Translations under genes and position numbers: made by a program
Notes under the pieces: generated by a model
Databases searched by the model: none
What the model saw: the letters and a program-made list of their open reading frames with translations, nothing else
Told to the model about the DNA's origin: nothing
Shown here: positions 11,476 through 31,147 of the stretch, one piece after another
How the letters are laid out: each line of letters opens with the position of its first letter
How positions within the stretch are numbered: position 1 is the first letter of the stretch
From: the human T2T-CHM13v2.0 reference genome, Homo sapiens
Reading direction: 5' to 3' (one strand)
NCBI RefSeq assembly: GCF_009914755.1
Contig: NC_060932.1
Length of the DNA stretch: 64,000 bases

Positions 11476-14342
11476 TACATTCTGTTGTAAATGTAGATTT
11501 ATCACATATAAGAGATAAACATATTTTCCCTGCATCTCCATGAACCAATCTTTTGATTCAAAGGTAAAGCTCTGGGTCATAGTATTCAGCTAAGGAGATA
11601 TTTGAAAAAAGATCTTTCAAGTTCAATTTTGCTAATATCTTTATCTTTAATATTTCAGAATTACCAGATTTCTACTGAATCCAGGCTGGTTGCAGTGGGG
11701 AGTTGGGGTGTGGGAGAGGACCTTTTAAAAAATGTGTTTCTGTAGCCTGGGGCTGTTTCTGACTGTTGATTTGATGATTGATCTTGGTTCATCTCTATGG
11801 TTGCACTAAGGAAATCTTACATACTAATGTTAATCTGTCCTATGGGGCCATATTGACAATGTCCTAGTCCTATATTTAAAAGTGCATATTCTAAGTCAAT
11901 AAGCCATTGCATAGATTTTTAAATGTCATAAAAATTGTGTGTGATGATCAATGATAATAATTATGGTAACCTAACTTTGCAAGATAGATGAACTAAATTA
12001 GCCAGTGTATTTAAAGTTGGAGTGCATATTGTATTTTATATTTGTATTTTATTTGCATTGTGATTATTTCACTGATGCATGTACATCCAGTGTCTTGGGG
12101 TCATTTGAAATATATTTGCACAATAGTGGCTAATCACTTACACTATAGGCAGATACCTTCCCAAAAATAGATTTGTTTCATAAATTTATTTGGAAGACAG
12201 TTATTAGGAACATCAAAAACAATTTCACGTATGGTCAAGTTTTAAACCTATGCCTTAGCTTATTCCGTGACAGAATATTTAAACTACACTGTAGTTAAAA
12301 ATTGAAATACTAAAAAATTAAGCCATAGAAAATGAATAATATAAAAAAATTGAATAAGGTTTTTTAATGTTTTGCAGCTTAATGTTTTTACAACATACTG
12401 GCAGTTTGATGCACTTGGACAATGTAATATCTTCAAATACACGTACAGCATATTCAAACAATTCCCTTTAAATATATGTATGCATTCAATCTAAAGCATA
12501 AATCTCATGTGAAATAAGTAATTTGAAACACTTATGATACTTACTAACAAATTAGTTTGCTACAGAATATTCTAATGATATACCAAAAGCTCAGATGCAG
12601 ACAACTTCGAATACATAAAATTTTTTGAAATTTTTCCCTCTGTGAGGTAGTGTATAGAGCACATTTGAGGATTACATAAGAAAGTAAACACAAAATATTT
12701 CACACCTTGTTTAGCAAATACTTATTTAAAAGCACACACTTCCAGAAATAAAATTCCCGTTTGTTTTGATGTCATAAAACTTTAGTTTACATAAAGACTT
12801 CAAAATGTCTTTTTGTAATGGATTTTGTGTGTGTGTTAGTATTTCAGGTATTATACAAATGACAATGCTTTAATCACAGAAATGGTTTGCTGTGTCTAAT
12901 TGTAAATGACCCTTTTTCAATTGTTATGACAGTCAACATTCCACTGAGGAGAAACTTTAATGTCTCTTTTAAAAATAGTTATGTTTCAAATTGCTAATCC
13001 ATTCTGACTGCCTGTTGTAACCAGGTACTGTCATGAGGGTAGGAGGAATTGAATGATATGATTGACCAACTCACACTTTTAGAAGGTATGAGATAAATTT
13101 CATATATAAATGAAATTTGATTTTGAGTTAAGGACCAGTCCTGTTTTACTCAGGTCATCTCCAAATACAAAATCCTAGAGAGAAATGAGTATTGCCTTAT
13201 TGACTAACACATAAGTAAGTGTCACCTCACAGTAATTGCACTGTAAACAACAAGACTTGCATTCCTTTACTTTTACAAAAATGGAAAAAGCTATTTCTAT
13301 AATCTTGTCTGTGCTCTTGTTAATATGGTACAAATACAAAAGTTTTTTATGTAGGTTCATTTTGACTGATAAGAGGATGTAAAGGCATAAAAGTCATTAT
13401 TACCTAGACAATTATACAAAATTTATTCTTTTTAATTAGTTTCCATTATCTTTTATGAAGGAGCTGCCTATTTTTTTATTTTATTTTTATTTTTGGACAA
13501 TAGTCAAAACCACTAGTTTTAAAAGAGCAGCTCCAGTTTTGCTTTACCTGTCTGAGATATGTAAGTGTTTCAGAAAATTTTGGAGCTGATCATCCCTAAG
13601 ACTATAGAGCTGTTGACAAATTACAAAATGCTCTAAGGATAATGTTTTTTTGAAAATAAAGTTGACTGTATATCCTCCCTTTTCACAGGTCATTTGCAGC
13701 TCTTAAAAAAAAAAATACCAAAATATATTAGGCTCAAGGAAAGCTGCTCAGTCCACTTTTGCTGCTCTCTGCATCTATCCATACAAAGAAAAATGGATGT
13801 GGTAAAACATTTTCTGACTAACACATAAATGCTTCAGCTCTTATCTCCTAGAAAAACTGTAGAAAAAACCTGTATTTTAAGTGTATAGATACTTTCTTAC
13901 ATTTTTAGTATTATCTACTGTCATATATTCATCTTCATACTGGGCAACTCTACTTGTCTACCTCAGCCTCATTTCTTCCTTTTCATTTATTTATGTTTGT
14001 TTTTAAATGTCACCTAGGAAAATAACTCATAGAAAGTGGAAACATTCTGTATGCTTAGTGTATTTGTTTTTGTTTGTTTGTTTGTTTTAGTTTCTCCTTA
14101 CTCTAATTTCCCTGTGTTACATGGTCTTCTCTTTGGCACCTTTTGGATTGTTGTTTTGTACTTTGTGACTCCTTTATGTGCTTTCAAAATATAGATATAT
14201 TTATGTAATATGTTCTTTTGGGGAAGGCACCAAATCTTATACTTACTTTTCATTTGCCCTGATATATATTTTGGTTTAGAAAATAAAATGGCTTCTTCAT
14301 GATTAATTTATTTCCTTGTATTTTGCCTTAATAAATGGCACC

Positions 14343-14877
14343 TGTGATGGTTAATTTTAGGTGTCAACTTGACTAGATAGCCACATAGCTGGTAAATCTT
14401 TATTTCTGGCTATGCCTGTGATGATGTTTCTTTAATAGATTGACATTTGAATCAATGTACTAAGAAAGTTTCACCCTCACCAATGTAGGTGGGCACCAGC
14501 CAATTAGCTGAGGGCCTGGATAGAATAAAAAGAGCGACAGAGCAAAGGTGAATTCCTTTTCTCCTCTCGGGAGATGGGAAAACTTTATTTTCTGCCCTTG
14601 GACATTGGAACTCCATGTTCTCTGGCTCTTGAACTCCAGGGTTTGCACCAATAACCTCCAGGTTCTTAGGCCTTTGGCCTTAGATTATGAGTTACACCAT
14701 TGACTTCCCTGTTTTTAGTAGGCAAAGAGCCTATCTTGGGACTTCTCAGCCTCCGTAAGCATGGGAGCCAATTATCCTAATAAATTCTCTATCTGTCTGT
14801 CTATCTTTCTATCTATGTAAATATCCATCTATCATCTCCTATTAGTTATGTTTCTGTGGAGAACCCTGAGTCATAAA
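14343..14877 (+). mobile_element. MLT2B-like ERVL solo LTR, complete
   Basis: Starts tgtgatggttaattttaggtgtcaacttgac, ends ggagaaccctgagtcataaa; 5-bp TSD gcacc/gcact. Confidence 0.9.
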
Positions 14878-15099
14878 GCACTGAAACTATGTCAAGTCTG
14901 CAGCAATATGCAAATTAAGGACAATCTACAATCTTAATGTTGAAAATTGTTCTGGCAATCCAAGTTGCCACTCTCCCATATTTAGTCATTTAACTTTAAC
15001 TTAGCCAAAAGAAACTGGACACAGGAAAGATGAGTGACTAGGTATTGGAGAAAGTGGGATGATGTCTAGAACTCACTTTTTGGCCTTTTGCTTTTTCAG

Positions 15100-15194
15100 A
15101 TCCTTGTACTACTATCTTTTAAGCCAGAGGAAGTTAGTTAATAGGAAAAACATCCAGATGAGATAGCTGGATTGGGATAGTTCATATTGCCAAA
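15100..15194 (+). other. Candidate non-coding exon (95 nt)
   Basis: Branch-like ctcac 15072-15076, strong tract tttttggccttttgctttttcag|A, donor AAA|gtaagt; stops in all three frames. Confidence 0.35.
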
Positions 15195-15606
15195 GTAAGT
15201 TGTTCGTTAGGATCTGTGAAGAATGACAAATACCAAAGACTTTCCAACTAATCTGGATTGATGAAGATGGAATTTGTTGAAATCCTCTTGAAATTACTTC
15301 AGTCAACATGGGCGCTATTTTTTTAGCTGTATTTCTTTGCTTATGTTTTTTCACTTCCCATCTGTTAAGCAACGGAAAATAAAATAGGCAGTGATAGGGA
15401 ATCAGGGGAAACAAAAAAATGAGCAAACAATGCTGGAAGTGGCATTAAATTGTCCTTGCTTGTTTGTCTGTTACTGAGGAAAAAAATTACATTTAAAAAA
15501 CCAGGAATAGTTTACAAAATTTAATTTACCAGTTTAGAAATTATGTTATAGCATAATTGTCAATGTATGTGTATTTGAGTCTTCTCATACTCTAAATCAA
15601 ACAAAC

Positions 15607-15785
15607 AATAATACTTTTTATTAGATGCCTACTTTGTAGCACACACTGTACTAAGGGCTTTATATTATTAATCCTCACTAGAAATCTACTTAGGTGGGAC
15701 TATTATTCCTATTTTGCATTATCAGACAACTGAGGCTTACAAAAGTTAAGGCCAAAATGGTAGTAAATGACAGGACTAGAAACAA
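15607..15785 (-). mobile_element. MIR
   Basis: atgcctactttgt...cactgtactaag...aatcctcac...attattcctatttt...aactgaggctt. Confidence 0.75.
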
Positions 15786-16864
15786 CTATCCATGTATTTA
15801 TGGTCAAGCATTTGCTTGTTTGGCTCATATTGTGGCTGTTTTTCTGGTACAGATGCTTCGTATAATTTTAACATTAGTTTAAGGTTACCATTTCAAAGAT
15901 GAAAATTTATTTTTCTGTAAATGAAATGTAGGCATAATTAATAACTATAATTCTGGATCAGCCACTGTTTACATGGAAAAGTATATATGTTTAGTATATT
16001 TAAAGATGCAAGCTTCCTATTTGTATTGTCTCCAAGAGATAATAAAGTATGTTGGGTTCCGAATAGATTTTCTGTTAATTTTATGTATGTGGAATTGGCT
16101 ATAGGAAATCATACTTCCTTTCCACCTCATCACTTTTCCCCTCTTATTCTCTCCCCAGTAATATTAAGGTGACTAAAAGTTGACCTTTCATTTTTCAGTT
16201 GTGCTTTTTCATTTGCCTTAACTTTCCTCAGCATTTGTGTGATACCCAGGTAGTGGGAAAATGCACTCTTATAAGGGGCTTTATTATACATATCTAATGT
16301 AGCTCATTAGTCTTCTGAGAACATACATAGTACAGAGAACACATGAGATTGATATTTGTAAGGCTAGTGAGCCTCTGATTGGCATCTGAATAGTTATAGT
16401 TAGCAAGACATGTGCCCTCCAGTTATTTATGGTGGTTAACATAATCCAGGATTCTTTCTCATCCTTGAAGTGTGCCTTATCAGCCACCTTAAGGAACATG
16501 CACACACATATACACATACGTATACACACACACACTCATGCACTCTCTTCTGATTTTCTTCATGGTAAACAGAACAAAATCTAATATTTAATTTAAAGAT
16601 TTTATTTAGAATTTTAATATTTTATTTAAAATATTATATTTTGTTCTGTTTAGAAATTATTTTCAGTAAATAAAGTGTTTTTGTTGAAATATTAGGAAGA
16701 AGGAAACAATAAAAATAATGTCATTGTGCGGGATATGATGGTAATCAGGAAACTGCATACATAAAAGTATATTGATAAGTATTCACACAATATATACTTT
16801 CAAAAGCTCAGGCTAGGTAATCATGGATCACTATTGAGTCTTGAGTTAAAATCGTATTAATTCC

Positions 16865-17100
16865 TGAATTCATTCAACAAATATTTACTGAGACTATGCC
16901 ATATGCCTTACACTGTGCAAAATTCTAGGAATATGACCAGGAACAACATAGGCATAGTCCTTGTTAAAAAATATATAGAGTCTGTTGGGGACAGACAGGT
17001 AATTAAGTAAACTATGAACTGTGATAAATGTCATGGTAGGAAAATTGCATACCGGGAGGAAATATTCTATTTGGAGGTCAAGAGATTTTTATTAGAGAAA
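16865..17100 (-). mobile_element. L2 3' end
   Basis: ttcattcaacaaatatttactgag...cactgtgcaaaattctagg. Confidence 0.7.
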
Positions 17101-17160
17101 ACAGACAAAAAAGAAAAAAAAAAGAAAAGAAAGGTAATCAGAGAAACAACAATGCGGGGG

Positions 17161-17163
<3 letters not shown>

Positions 17164-17218
<55 letters not shown>
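17164..17218. repeat. (TG)17(AG)~10 compound microsatellite
   Basis: Read directly. Confidence 0.97.
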
Positions 17219-17219
<1 letters not shown>

Positions 17220-18466
17220 AGTAATGGACACCTACTGTTCTGCAAGTCATTTTCTGAAGCTATTTTATTATTTGTACCATAAGGCAGTTTGATTTCTGCT
17301 TAGAAAAATGCTATGTGTCTAAACTATGAAATTCTAAAAGCAACATTACACAAATGAAACTAAAAGAGCCAAGCAGTCCCAATACTTAAGAAATATACTG
17401 CCTGATAAAAACTTCCACATTTTAAAAATTTACAGCAATAATTCTTTTGAACCAGTAAGATAATAGAGTCATTGCCAGATAAGTATAAATCTTAGAGTAT
17501 GCTAAATGCTTCCTTAACATTTAGCAAATTTCTGTTGGAATAAGCGAAATGATGTTCTAGCCTTGAATGAATGATTGAAGTCTCAGAGGTGCATAACTTT
17601 CCATCATGGGACAGTGTGCAAAGTGACAGATAATGGTTCTTACGCACCTGAGAACATCCCATTTGCTTGAAATAAAATCAAATTGCATGCAGAAAATTAA
17701 TTTCATAGAACCCAACCTGTAAGAAAGACCAGCTTTCGTGCTGCAGAGATAATCTAAATAAAATTCAGAGAGATTTAGACCAGCAGAATCAGGCCTATTA
17801 CAACTTCAAATTCTTAAGTTTCTCCTATCAGACCATTAGTCTACAATCCTGGCAACCCCTCACTTCTAGAAACCTGAAAACAAGGGAAAAAGCCCAGTAG
17901 TAAAGGCAAAATAGTGAAATTTTCTGGTTTGGTCTTGTGTAGAATGAACTTTTCATTGACGTCATTGACTAAACTCAATGTCAGAACTACCCAAATAAAG
18001 GGCATTGACTCATAGTAGATGGACTGAGAAGAAACCATTTCCCAGAACATTGGAAATACTTGGGTTGCATTATTGTTTGTCAACATGTAGGCACTAACTC
18101 TACTTTCTCTCTCCAAGTGAAGTTATGGCTTTGTTGATCTGAAACTAGTTCAAGAAACAAGAGGTTTTCTCTTTGATTTATTTTTGTGCAAATATCTGGT
18201 AGTCTTCCCTATGATGTTAAATACCTTTATATTCAGTTTAATACCATATCATTTAAGTAATATGCCTATTTTTAGAAGAATGCTTATTGAAGTCAAAATA
18301 ATTTAGTTTTAATGATGAAAGTTTAAGAAAAAGTGTCAATTCTTTGAAAATACTTGTCTATGCATGTTCTTCAATGAACCTCCTACTTTTCTTTGTAAAG
18401 ATAACATGACATGGTGAAGAAATAATACTTGGATACATAGTGTAGCATCAAAATTACTAGCTCTGA

Positions 18467-20296
<1,830 letters not shown>

Positions 20297-20490
20297 TTAC
20301 TAGCTCTGAGGTTCTGGGCCATGCATTTGCTCTTCCATACTTTCAGTTTCTTTTTTTCCACATGAGAAAGTAAAATGAGAAAGTTAATAGTTAAAAAAAT
20401 CAGAGATTATCATCTGGATTGAATGAAATGATATAGAAACAGAATTTACCATAGTAATAAAAAAAGTTCAATAAATGTTAGCTATTATTT
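20297..20490 (+). mobile_element. MIR 3' part (5' part ~18400-18466)
   Basis: ttactagctctgagg...gtaaaatgaga...tcaataaatgttagctattatt. Confidence 0.7.
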
Positions 20491-20980
20491 GCACAAATGT
20501 AGGGGAAACAAGAATAACCAAAAAACAAACAAACAAACAGAATAAGATTAAAAAGAGCATCAACGTTTTCATAAAAATTAACCTGTTTCGGAAAAAAAAA
20601 AAAAAAAAAACACTTCGGTCCCTCTTCCCATCTCATACTGTGCCCACAAGTTGGGGAGAAGGTAAATTTATACACTGAATTTTATGGAATTTTATGTAAG
20701 ACAGTCCCATTACTATTAGTCAATTAGAACATCTATAAAGTTATTGAAATGTATATGCCATAAACATTCAAAATAAATATCTATAATAATGATAAACATT
20801 TCTGTCCAATTTTATTTCTAATTATTCATCTTTAACAATTTTAGGAAATCAAAATAAAATTCACATTTCAAATAGGTTCCATTTGGGCCCAACGACATCT
20901 CTTCCCCAAGTATAAGGTATTCTCTGTTGTGGAACGTCATATAAAACCTCACTGTGAGGTAAACTTTTGTTGTTGTTCAG

Positions 20981-21030
20981 GAAGACCCGTTAGAAAGTGA
21001 AATAGCTTTCGTTTTGCATCATCTGCAAGG
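20981..21030 (+). other. Candidate small exon (50 nt)
   Basis: Acceptor ttttgttgttgttcag|G, donor AGG|gtaagc; frame 1 is open (EDPLESEIAFVLHHLQ) but not recognised as a known protein. Confidence 0.25.
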
Positions 21031-21499
21031 GTAAGCAGCAATAAGACGATGCGATGCACTCAGTCCAGGACTGGTTGGACTCAGAGCAAAAGGATGCTGC
21101 AGTCAAAACACAAGTTATGAGCAGAAACAAAAGCAATGGGTATAATTAATATTATAATGTCCACTGTAAAGCTGATTGCATTCAACATTTTACCATGTAG
21201 AGAGAATAAATATATCAATAAGAAACCAGATTCTTAATGGTCAATAATTGAATATTAATCTAAATCTTAAACCTTGCTACAGACGTATTTGATCTTTCAA
21301 TAGTTTTATTCTACATGAATAGTTTTATTTTACCCTATTCATCTTATCCCTTAAACTTTCATCTGCTAGAGTACATAATTCTCTTGTACATTGTAGTAGA
21401 AAGACATTAATTTAACAAGATGCAAAATAGCCATTAAAAGCTTTGGAAATATTTTACAAATCAATTTTCAATTATGTATATTTTAAACTTTATATTTTT

Positions 21500-21705
21500 A
21501 CTCCCTATTATGTGATGGACAACGTATCAAGAGCACTACATGGCCTATAACTTCCTTTTAGTAGCAACTGTTTTAGGTAGATTATATTATATTAATTTCA
21601 CAGATGAAAAAAGTTAGATTCAAAGATGTTGAAAATATTGCCAAAGATTTCATAGATAAATTTGTACAAGATAAATTCATATATAAATCCATAGCTTTGT
21701 CTGCC
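21500..21705 (-). mobile_element. MIR
   Basis: aggtagatattatattaatttcacagatgaaaaaag...ttgccaaagatttcatag. Confidence 0.65.
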
Positions 21706-21789
21706 TGTGTATGTTATATTCTGTTTGATGGAAATAAAATTAGATTTAAATAGTTATATATTTATATAAAGAATATATAAAAAATATTA

Positions 21790-23035
<1,246 letters not shown>

Positions 23036-24289
23036 TACTTTTACTCCACCTTTCCAGAAACAGAAGTCCTCTCACCCACTTTAGAGAAGTATTATGATGT
23101 ACTTTTTCTACTCTCCTCAATCTTTGACCATTTTACTCCATTACATCCATTAACCCACCATAAACAAAATATCTGACTTTCTATCCCTTATCACACACAA
23201 AATAGAAGACATGAAATAGGAGAGCAATGTACAGACTTAGTGTTTTCTAATTTTTATTCCTATATGAAAGTTTTATTGTTTCCTCTTTCACATTTCAAAT
23301 TGACTCTCACCTTGAGACACTGATATGCCGCCCTCCTTGCTTACTGCTTTTCTGAGCTTTTGGTATCTGATAATTTACTGATTGTAACATATAGGCTGCA
23401 ATGCAATACACACGCAGTTTACACAGAGAGAGCTCTAGTGTCTAGCTGTGTAGCTTCTCAGGATATCAATCTTAAATTTTTGCACGATACCACAGAACAT
23501 GCCAGCAGATACTGGGTTCTGATCAAATCAATGCAAAGACCTCACATTCTGCTCCACTCTCTAATACGGACATGACAGAATGACAGACACAATATCAAAA
23601 CAGAAAACCAAGATATTATTTCTGTTTGCAAATATCATATCACATTTTCATAAAACAAAAGCAGAATAGAAAGGTAAAGAAAACTATGAATCTACCAAAC
23701 TCCAGGTTGAGAGTTAGCCACTTAAGCATGTCTGTGGAACAGTAAAGATTAAACAATTTCCAAATGAGTTTGATCTAGATTCAGATTTATTTCTTAATCT
23801 AAGGACAAATTTGGGTCTCTTCTACTTTGAAAAAGAGACTGAACTGTACGCTTCGGCTGGTTACTTGAAGTGCATCTTATAGTGAATTGCAGCCTTAGTG
23901 ACAGAGACATGAACGTTGTTTCATTAAGAAAAAATGGAACTAACTCATCCAGTCAATAGCTTTATTTTTAATATCCTTTCTATGACAGGAGCAAGAATTT
24001 CCAATTTTCATAATAAAATATATTTACTTTTGAAATGGGAGCCCAAGTCCTAAGATAAAACTGTTTAAAATCAAGAAATAAAAAAAGAGTGAACAAAGAG
24101 AAGCGAGAGGAGAAATGAGAGAGAGTGAGAAAGAGAGGGTTAATCTCAATCTAACAATAAAATTCTAAAATATATGAAGGCATTTAGCACTGAGAAAACA
24201 GTATCTCCCCTCAAAAATCAACAACCATACAATAATTTATGTAAGATAAAATTAAACTTGCATACAAATTTGAGAGTTGGAAGAATTAT

Positions 24290-26398
24290 AATTCTTTATG
24301 CTCATGACATAATTACATTGATTAAAAAAGAAACACTCAAAAGGAAGTAGGGAGGAACAAAAACATGTAAATATGAAAAAGTTAGAATCTTAGAAATAAA
24401 GCATTTCACAACTGAAATAAAAGTACTACACTGGAAGGAAAATCCTAGGATAAACATACAAAGAAATATTGACGAATCAGAATCTAATACGGAGGAATTC
24501 CCACAGATTACAGACAAGAAGAAATAAGAGATTTAACAATTATGAAAGAACACTTAAGGGATGCGGAGAATAGTTTGAGAGTCTTCAGCATAAATCTATA
24601 GAAATTTTGTCCAGCATAAATCAAGAAAAAAATCATAACAAACACAAAATATGAATAGATTATAAAAACAGAAATTAAGAGAATTCACTTCCAGGAAGCC
24701 CTTATTAAATATTAATAAGTATAGAAATATATTAGATATGAAAAGATGTTAAGAGGAAAATTTTACAAATAATTACATTTAATTAACACTTCCAGTTAAA
24801 AAAAATTCCAGTAGGGTATGTTCATTTTTAAAGTTATAAAAACGAAACAGGGACATTATAAAATTCTGATGGTAGGTAAGAGATAAAAGTAAATAAGGCT
24901 AAGATTGTTTTTTATCATAATTCATAATTTAATTATGAGCAAAATTAAATTATAATTTTAATAGACAAATTGGTAGAAACTGCGAATACTATTTGATGTT
25001 TTAGAAAATTTTATGATTTTATGCTTTGTTATAAAATTTTATGAGGTATGTAAGTTGAAAAAAGATAACTATAAAAATATTGGAAATATACTCAATAACT
25101 ACTAAACCAAATGTTTAGGAAGTAAAGAAAAGATGTTTTTGATCCAACCAAGGTTGGAAAGAAGGAAAAGAAAAGGAGTAAATAAAAGAGTGACTGATGG
25201 AGTGGGGGGAATTATATAATTAATTAGAATGGAATTTCACAACTTAAAAGACGTACATTTGCTAAAATTATTGAAAGTTGAAAACCTTTGAAGAAAATTA
25301 TGTTCACACACTCAAAATCTAACTCCATAAGGTGCTTATTGATTATGAGGATTTCAAAAAAGAGTTTAAACAAATAAATGAATGAAAGTAACCATTTAAA
25401 TACATAAATGAAAAAAATATTCATCACTTTATTACCTTATCAAGTATCAAACTTCACCAATGATAGGACAAATTGACACAGCATTTTCTGTGTAATGGTA
25501 TAACAAGATAATTTACATTAATTGGATCTTGGGGAAATAATGAGTCAAGTGTAAATTTAGAGGATTCTGGAGAATAAGTGCTTTGGATTTTTAGAAGGTG
25601 TCCATGTCATGAGAGGAAAGAAAGTTTGAGGGATGGTGGATGTTAAAGTAGGTTAAAGTAGTCTAAAGAGTCATGAAAACCAATTAGAATGACTTTTGAG
25701 TCATTAATGTTTGTTTAGCTATAATGCATATTATTGTGACACATGGGAAATTTTAATATGGTTTGTGTAATAAATAACAGTATTTTAACATGTTAACTTT
25801 TCCAATTGAAAGAGATTTATTTTACTCATGTAACAGTATGCCTTCCTTGTTAACCACATACTTCTAAAGCATTTTGTAACAGACTTTTGTATTATGCACA
25901 AGGACTTTTCTATTAATCACTTTGGGAGAAAATTTGACATCATTTAATAGACTGAAATATGCATGCTTATGCCTTCCTGGAGATAGTTCAGCACACAAGC
26001 AGCAGGCATGTTGCAATGATGGTCATGTCGGCATTGTTTTTAATAGCAAAAACTTGAATAAACGTAAGTGTCCATCAACAAGATTCCGGATACATTGTTT
26101 GGTGTATTCTTAAAATAGAATACTAAAAAATATTATACAGAAGGGGAAATGAAGGAACTATACACTCTTTAACATAATAACTTAAGAATAATTGAAAAAT
26201 AGTTAGACACAAACTGTGTATATACATATACACACATAGATTATTCAAAACATACAAATGTAACGTGTTATAAAACTATAATGAAGAGCACACACATATT
26301 AAACATAGTATTCAGAATAGTGAGTATCCTCGGGGAGGGAGGAAGAAAAGAAGATAACACTGGGGAGGAATATAGTAAAGGCTTTAGCAACTTGTCAT
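24290..26398 (+). mobile_element. Patchwork of old L1ME/L1MC fragments (ORF1-like, then 3' UTR pieces)
   Basis: ttaagggatgcggagaatag ORF1-like; gcattgtttttaatagcaaaaacttgaataaacgtaagtgtccatcaac L1ME 3' region; resumes after the L1PA at ~27499. Confidence 0.55.
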
Positions 26399-26413
26399 AT
26401 TTTCTTTTTTCTT

Positions 26414-27728
<1,315 letters not shown>

Positions 27729-27884
27729 TTAAACATTGTATACCATGCCAATTAAAAAATAACTCCCTAGAAAATATAAGCATTCTAAAATGTTATGTAT
27801 CTTAAACTCTTAGCAAAGGCAAATTAAAAACGGACTCGATTTTAGAAGGAAATAAAATATTTGGCATTTATGGTGATAAATTTT

Positions 27885-28761
27885 ATTTTTAATTCTTTTT
27901 TAAAAAATAATTTCAACTTTTATTTTGAATTCAGGGGGTATATGTGCAGGTTTTTTACCTGGATATATTGCATGATGCTGAGTTTTGGAGTATAATTTAT
28001 CCTGCCACCCAGGTACTGAGAGCATAATAACCCAACAGGTAGTTTTTCAACCGTTCCCTACTTCTTCCTTCTCTCCGCTGGTAGTCCCCAGTGTCTATTG
28101 TTACCATCTTTATGGGTATCCATTGTTTAGCTCCCACTTATAAATGAGAATATGTGGAATTTGGTTTTCTGTTCTTACATTAATTTGCTTAGGATAATGG
28201 CCTCCAGCTGCATCCATGTTGTTGCAAAGGACATGATTTCATTCTTTTATAAGGTTGTGGTACATGATAATATTCTATTGTGTACCACATTTTCTTTAAT
28301 CCACTGTTGATGGGTACCTAGGTTGGTTCCATGTCTTTGCTATTGTGAATAGTGCTGTGATGAACACACAAGAGTATGTATCTTTTTGGTAGAACAATGT
28401 ATTTTCTTTTGGAAATATACCCAGTAATAGGTATGCTGGGTCAAATGGTAGTTCTAAGTTGTCTGAGAAATTTCCAAACTGCTACCTCACAGTGGCTGAA
28501 CTAATTTACGTCCCCACCAACATTGTATAAGTGTTCCCTTTTCTTCCCACCTTGCCAGCATGTGTTGTTTTTGACTTTTTAATAATAGCCCTTCTAACTG
28601 GTGTGAGATGGTATCTTGCCGTGGTTTTGATTTGCATTTCTCTGACGATTAGTGATGCTGAGTATTTTTTCATGTTTGCTGCCCACATATATGTCTTTTG
28701 AGAAGTGTCTGTTCCTGCCCTTTGCCCATTTTTTGGTGGTTGGTTTTTTGCTTGTTCAATT
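27885..28761 (-). mobile_element. Older L1PA (PA13-16-like) 3' part
   Basis: tcaacttttattttgaattcagggggtatatgtgcagg...ggataatggcctccagctgcatccatg. Confidence 0.88.
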
Positions 28762-29542
<781 letters not shown>

Positions 29543-29886
29543 TGATAGAGTTTGGCTGTGTCCCCACCCAAATCTCATCTTGAATTCCCATGTGTTGTGG
29601 AAGGGACCCGGTGTGAGGTAATTGAATCATGAGGGCACATCTTTCTCACACTGTCCTCATGATAGTGAGTAAGTCTCATGAGATCTGATGGTTATTATAA
29701 GGAGGAGTGTTCCTGCCCAAGCTCTCTTTGCTTGCTGCCATCCATGTAAGACATGCTCCTCCTTCTGCCATAATTGTGAGGCTTCCCCAGCCATGTGGAA
29801 CTGTAAGTTCAAATAAACCTCTTTCTTTTGTAAATTCCCTAGTCTTGGGTATGTCTTTATCAGCAGCATGAAAATGGACTTATATA
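29543..29886 (+). mobile_element. THE1A/B 3' LTR
   Basis: tgatagagtttggctgtgtccccacccaaatctcatcttgaattccc...tttatcagcagcatgaaaatggact. Confidence 0.92.
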
Positions 29887-29919
29887 TAAACTAAATAATT
29901 AACTGTGATATATAGAATA

Positions 29920-30824
<905 letters not shown>

Positions 30825-31142
30825 TGATATGGTTTGGTTTTTGTCTCCCAAATCTCATCTCAAATTGTAACCCCCACATTTCAAGGGAGGGACCTGGTGG
30901 GTGGTGACTGGATCATAAGGGTGGTTTTCCTCATGCTCTGTGATAGTGAGTGAGTTCTCATGAGATCTGATGGTTTATCAGTATTTGGCAGTTCCTCCTT
31001 CGCTCTCTTTCTCACCTGCCTCCATGTAAGACTTACCTGCTTCCCCTTCTGCCATAATTTTAAGTTTTCTGAGGCCTCTCCAGCCGTGAGGAACTGTGAG
31101 TCAATTAAATAGTTTTTCTTTATAAATTACCCAGTCTCAAGG
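30825..31142 (+). mobile_element. THE1D/MSTA-like MaLR LTR lacking its last ~30 bp
   Basis: tgatatggtttgg...aaatctcatctcaaattgtaacccc...gaactgtgagtcaattaaa...aaattacccagtctca. Confidence 0.88.
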
Positions 31143-31147
31143 AGGTT

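Noticed and set aside
11697-11720. ggggagttggggtgtgggagagg as a G-quadruplex
   Set aside because: Only three runs of three or more G
13670-13705. cccttttcacag|gtcatt as a recursive splice site (similar at ~36775)
   Set aside because: The reconstituted donor is weak; no other support
15112-15426. 104-aa minus-strand ORF in unique sequence
   Set aside because: Non-ATG start, no recognisable domain, length expected by chance
20592-20610. Isolated A19 run as a processed-pseudogene tail
   Set aside because: No convincing TSD, or recognisable retrocopy upstream
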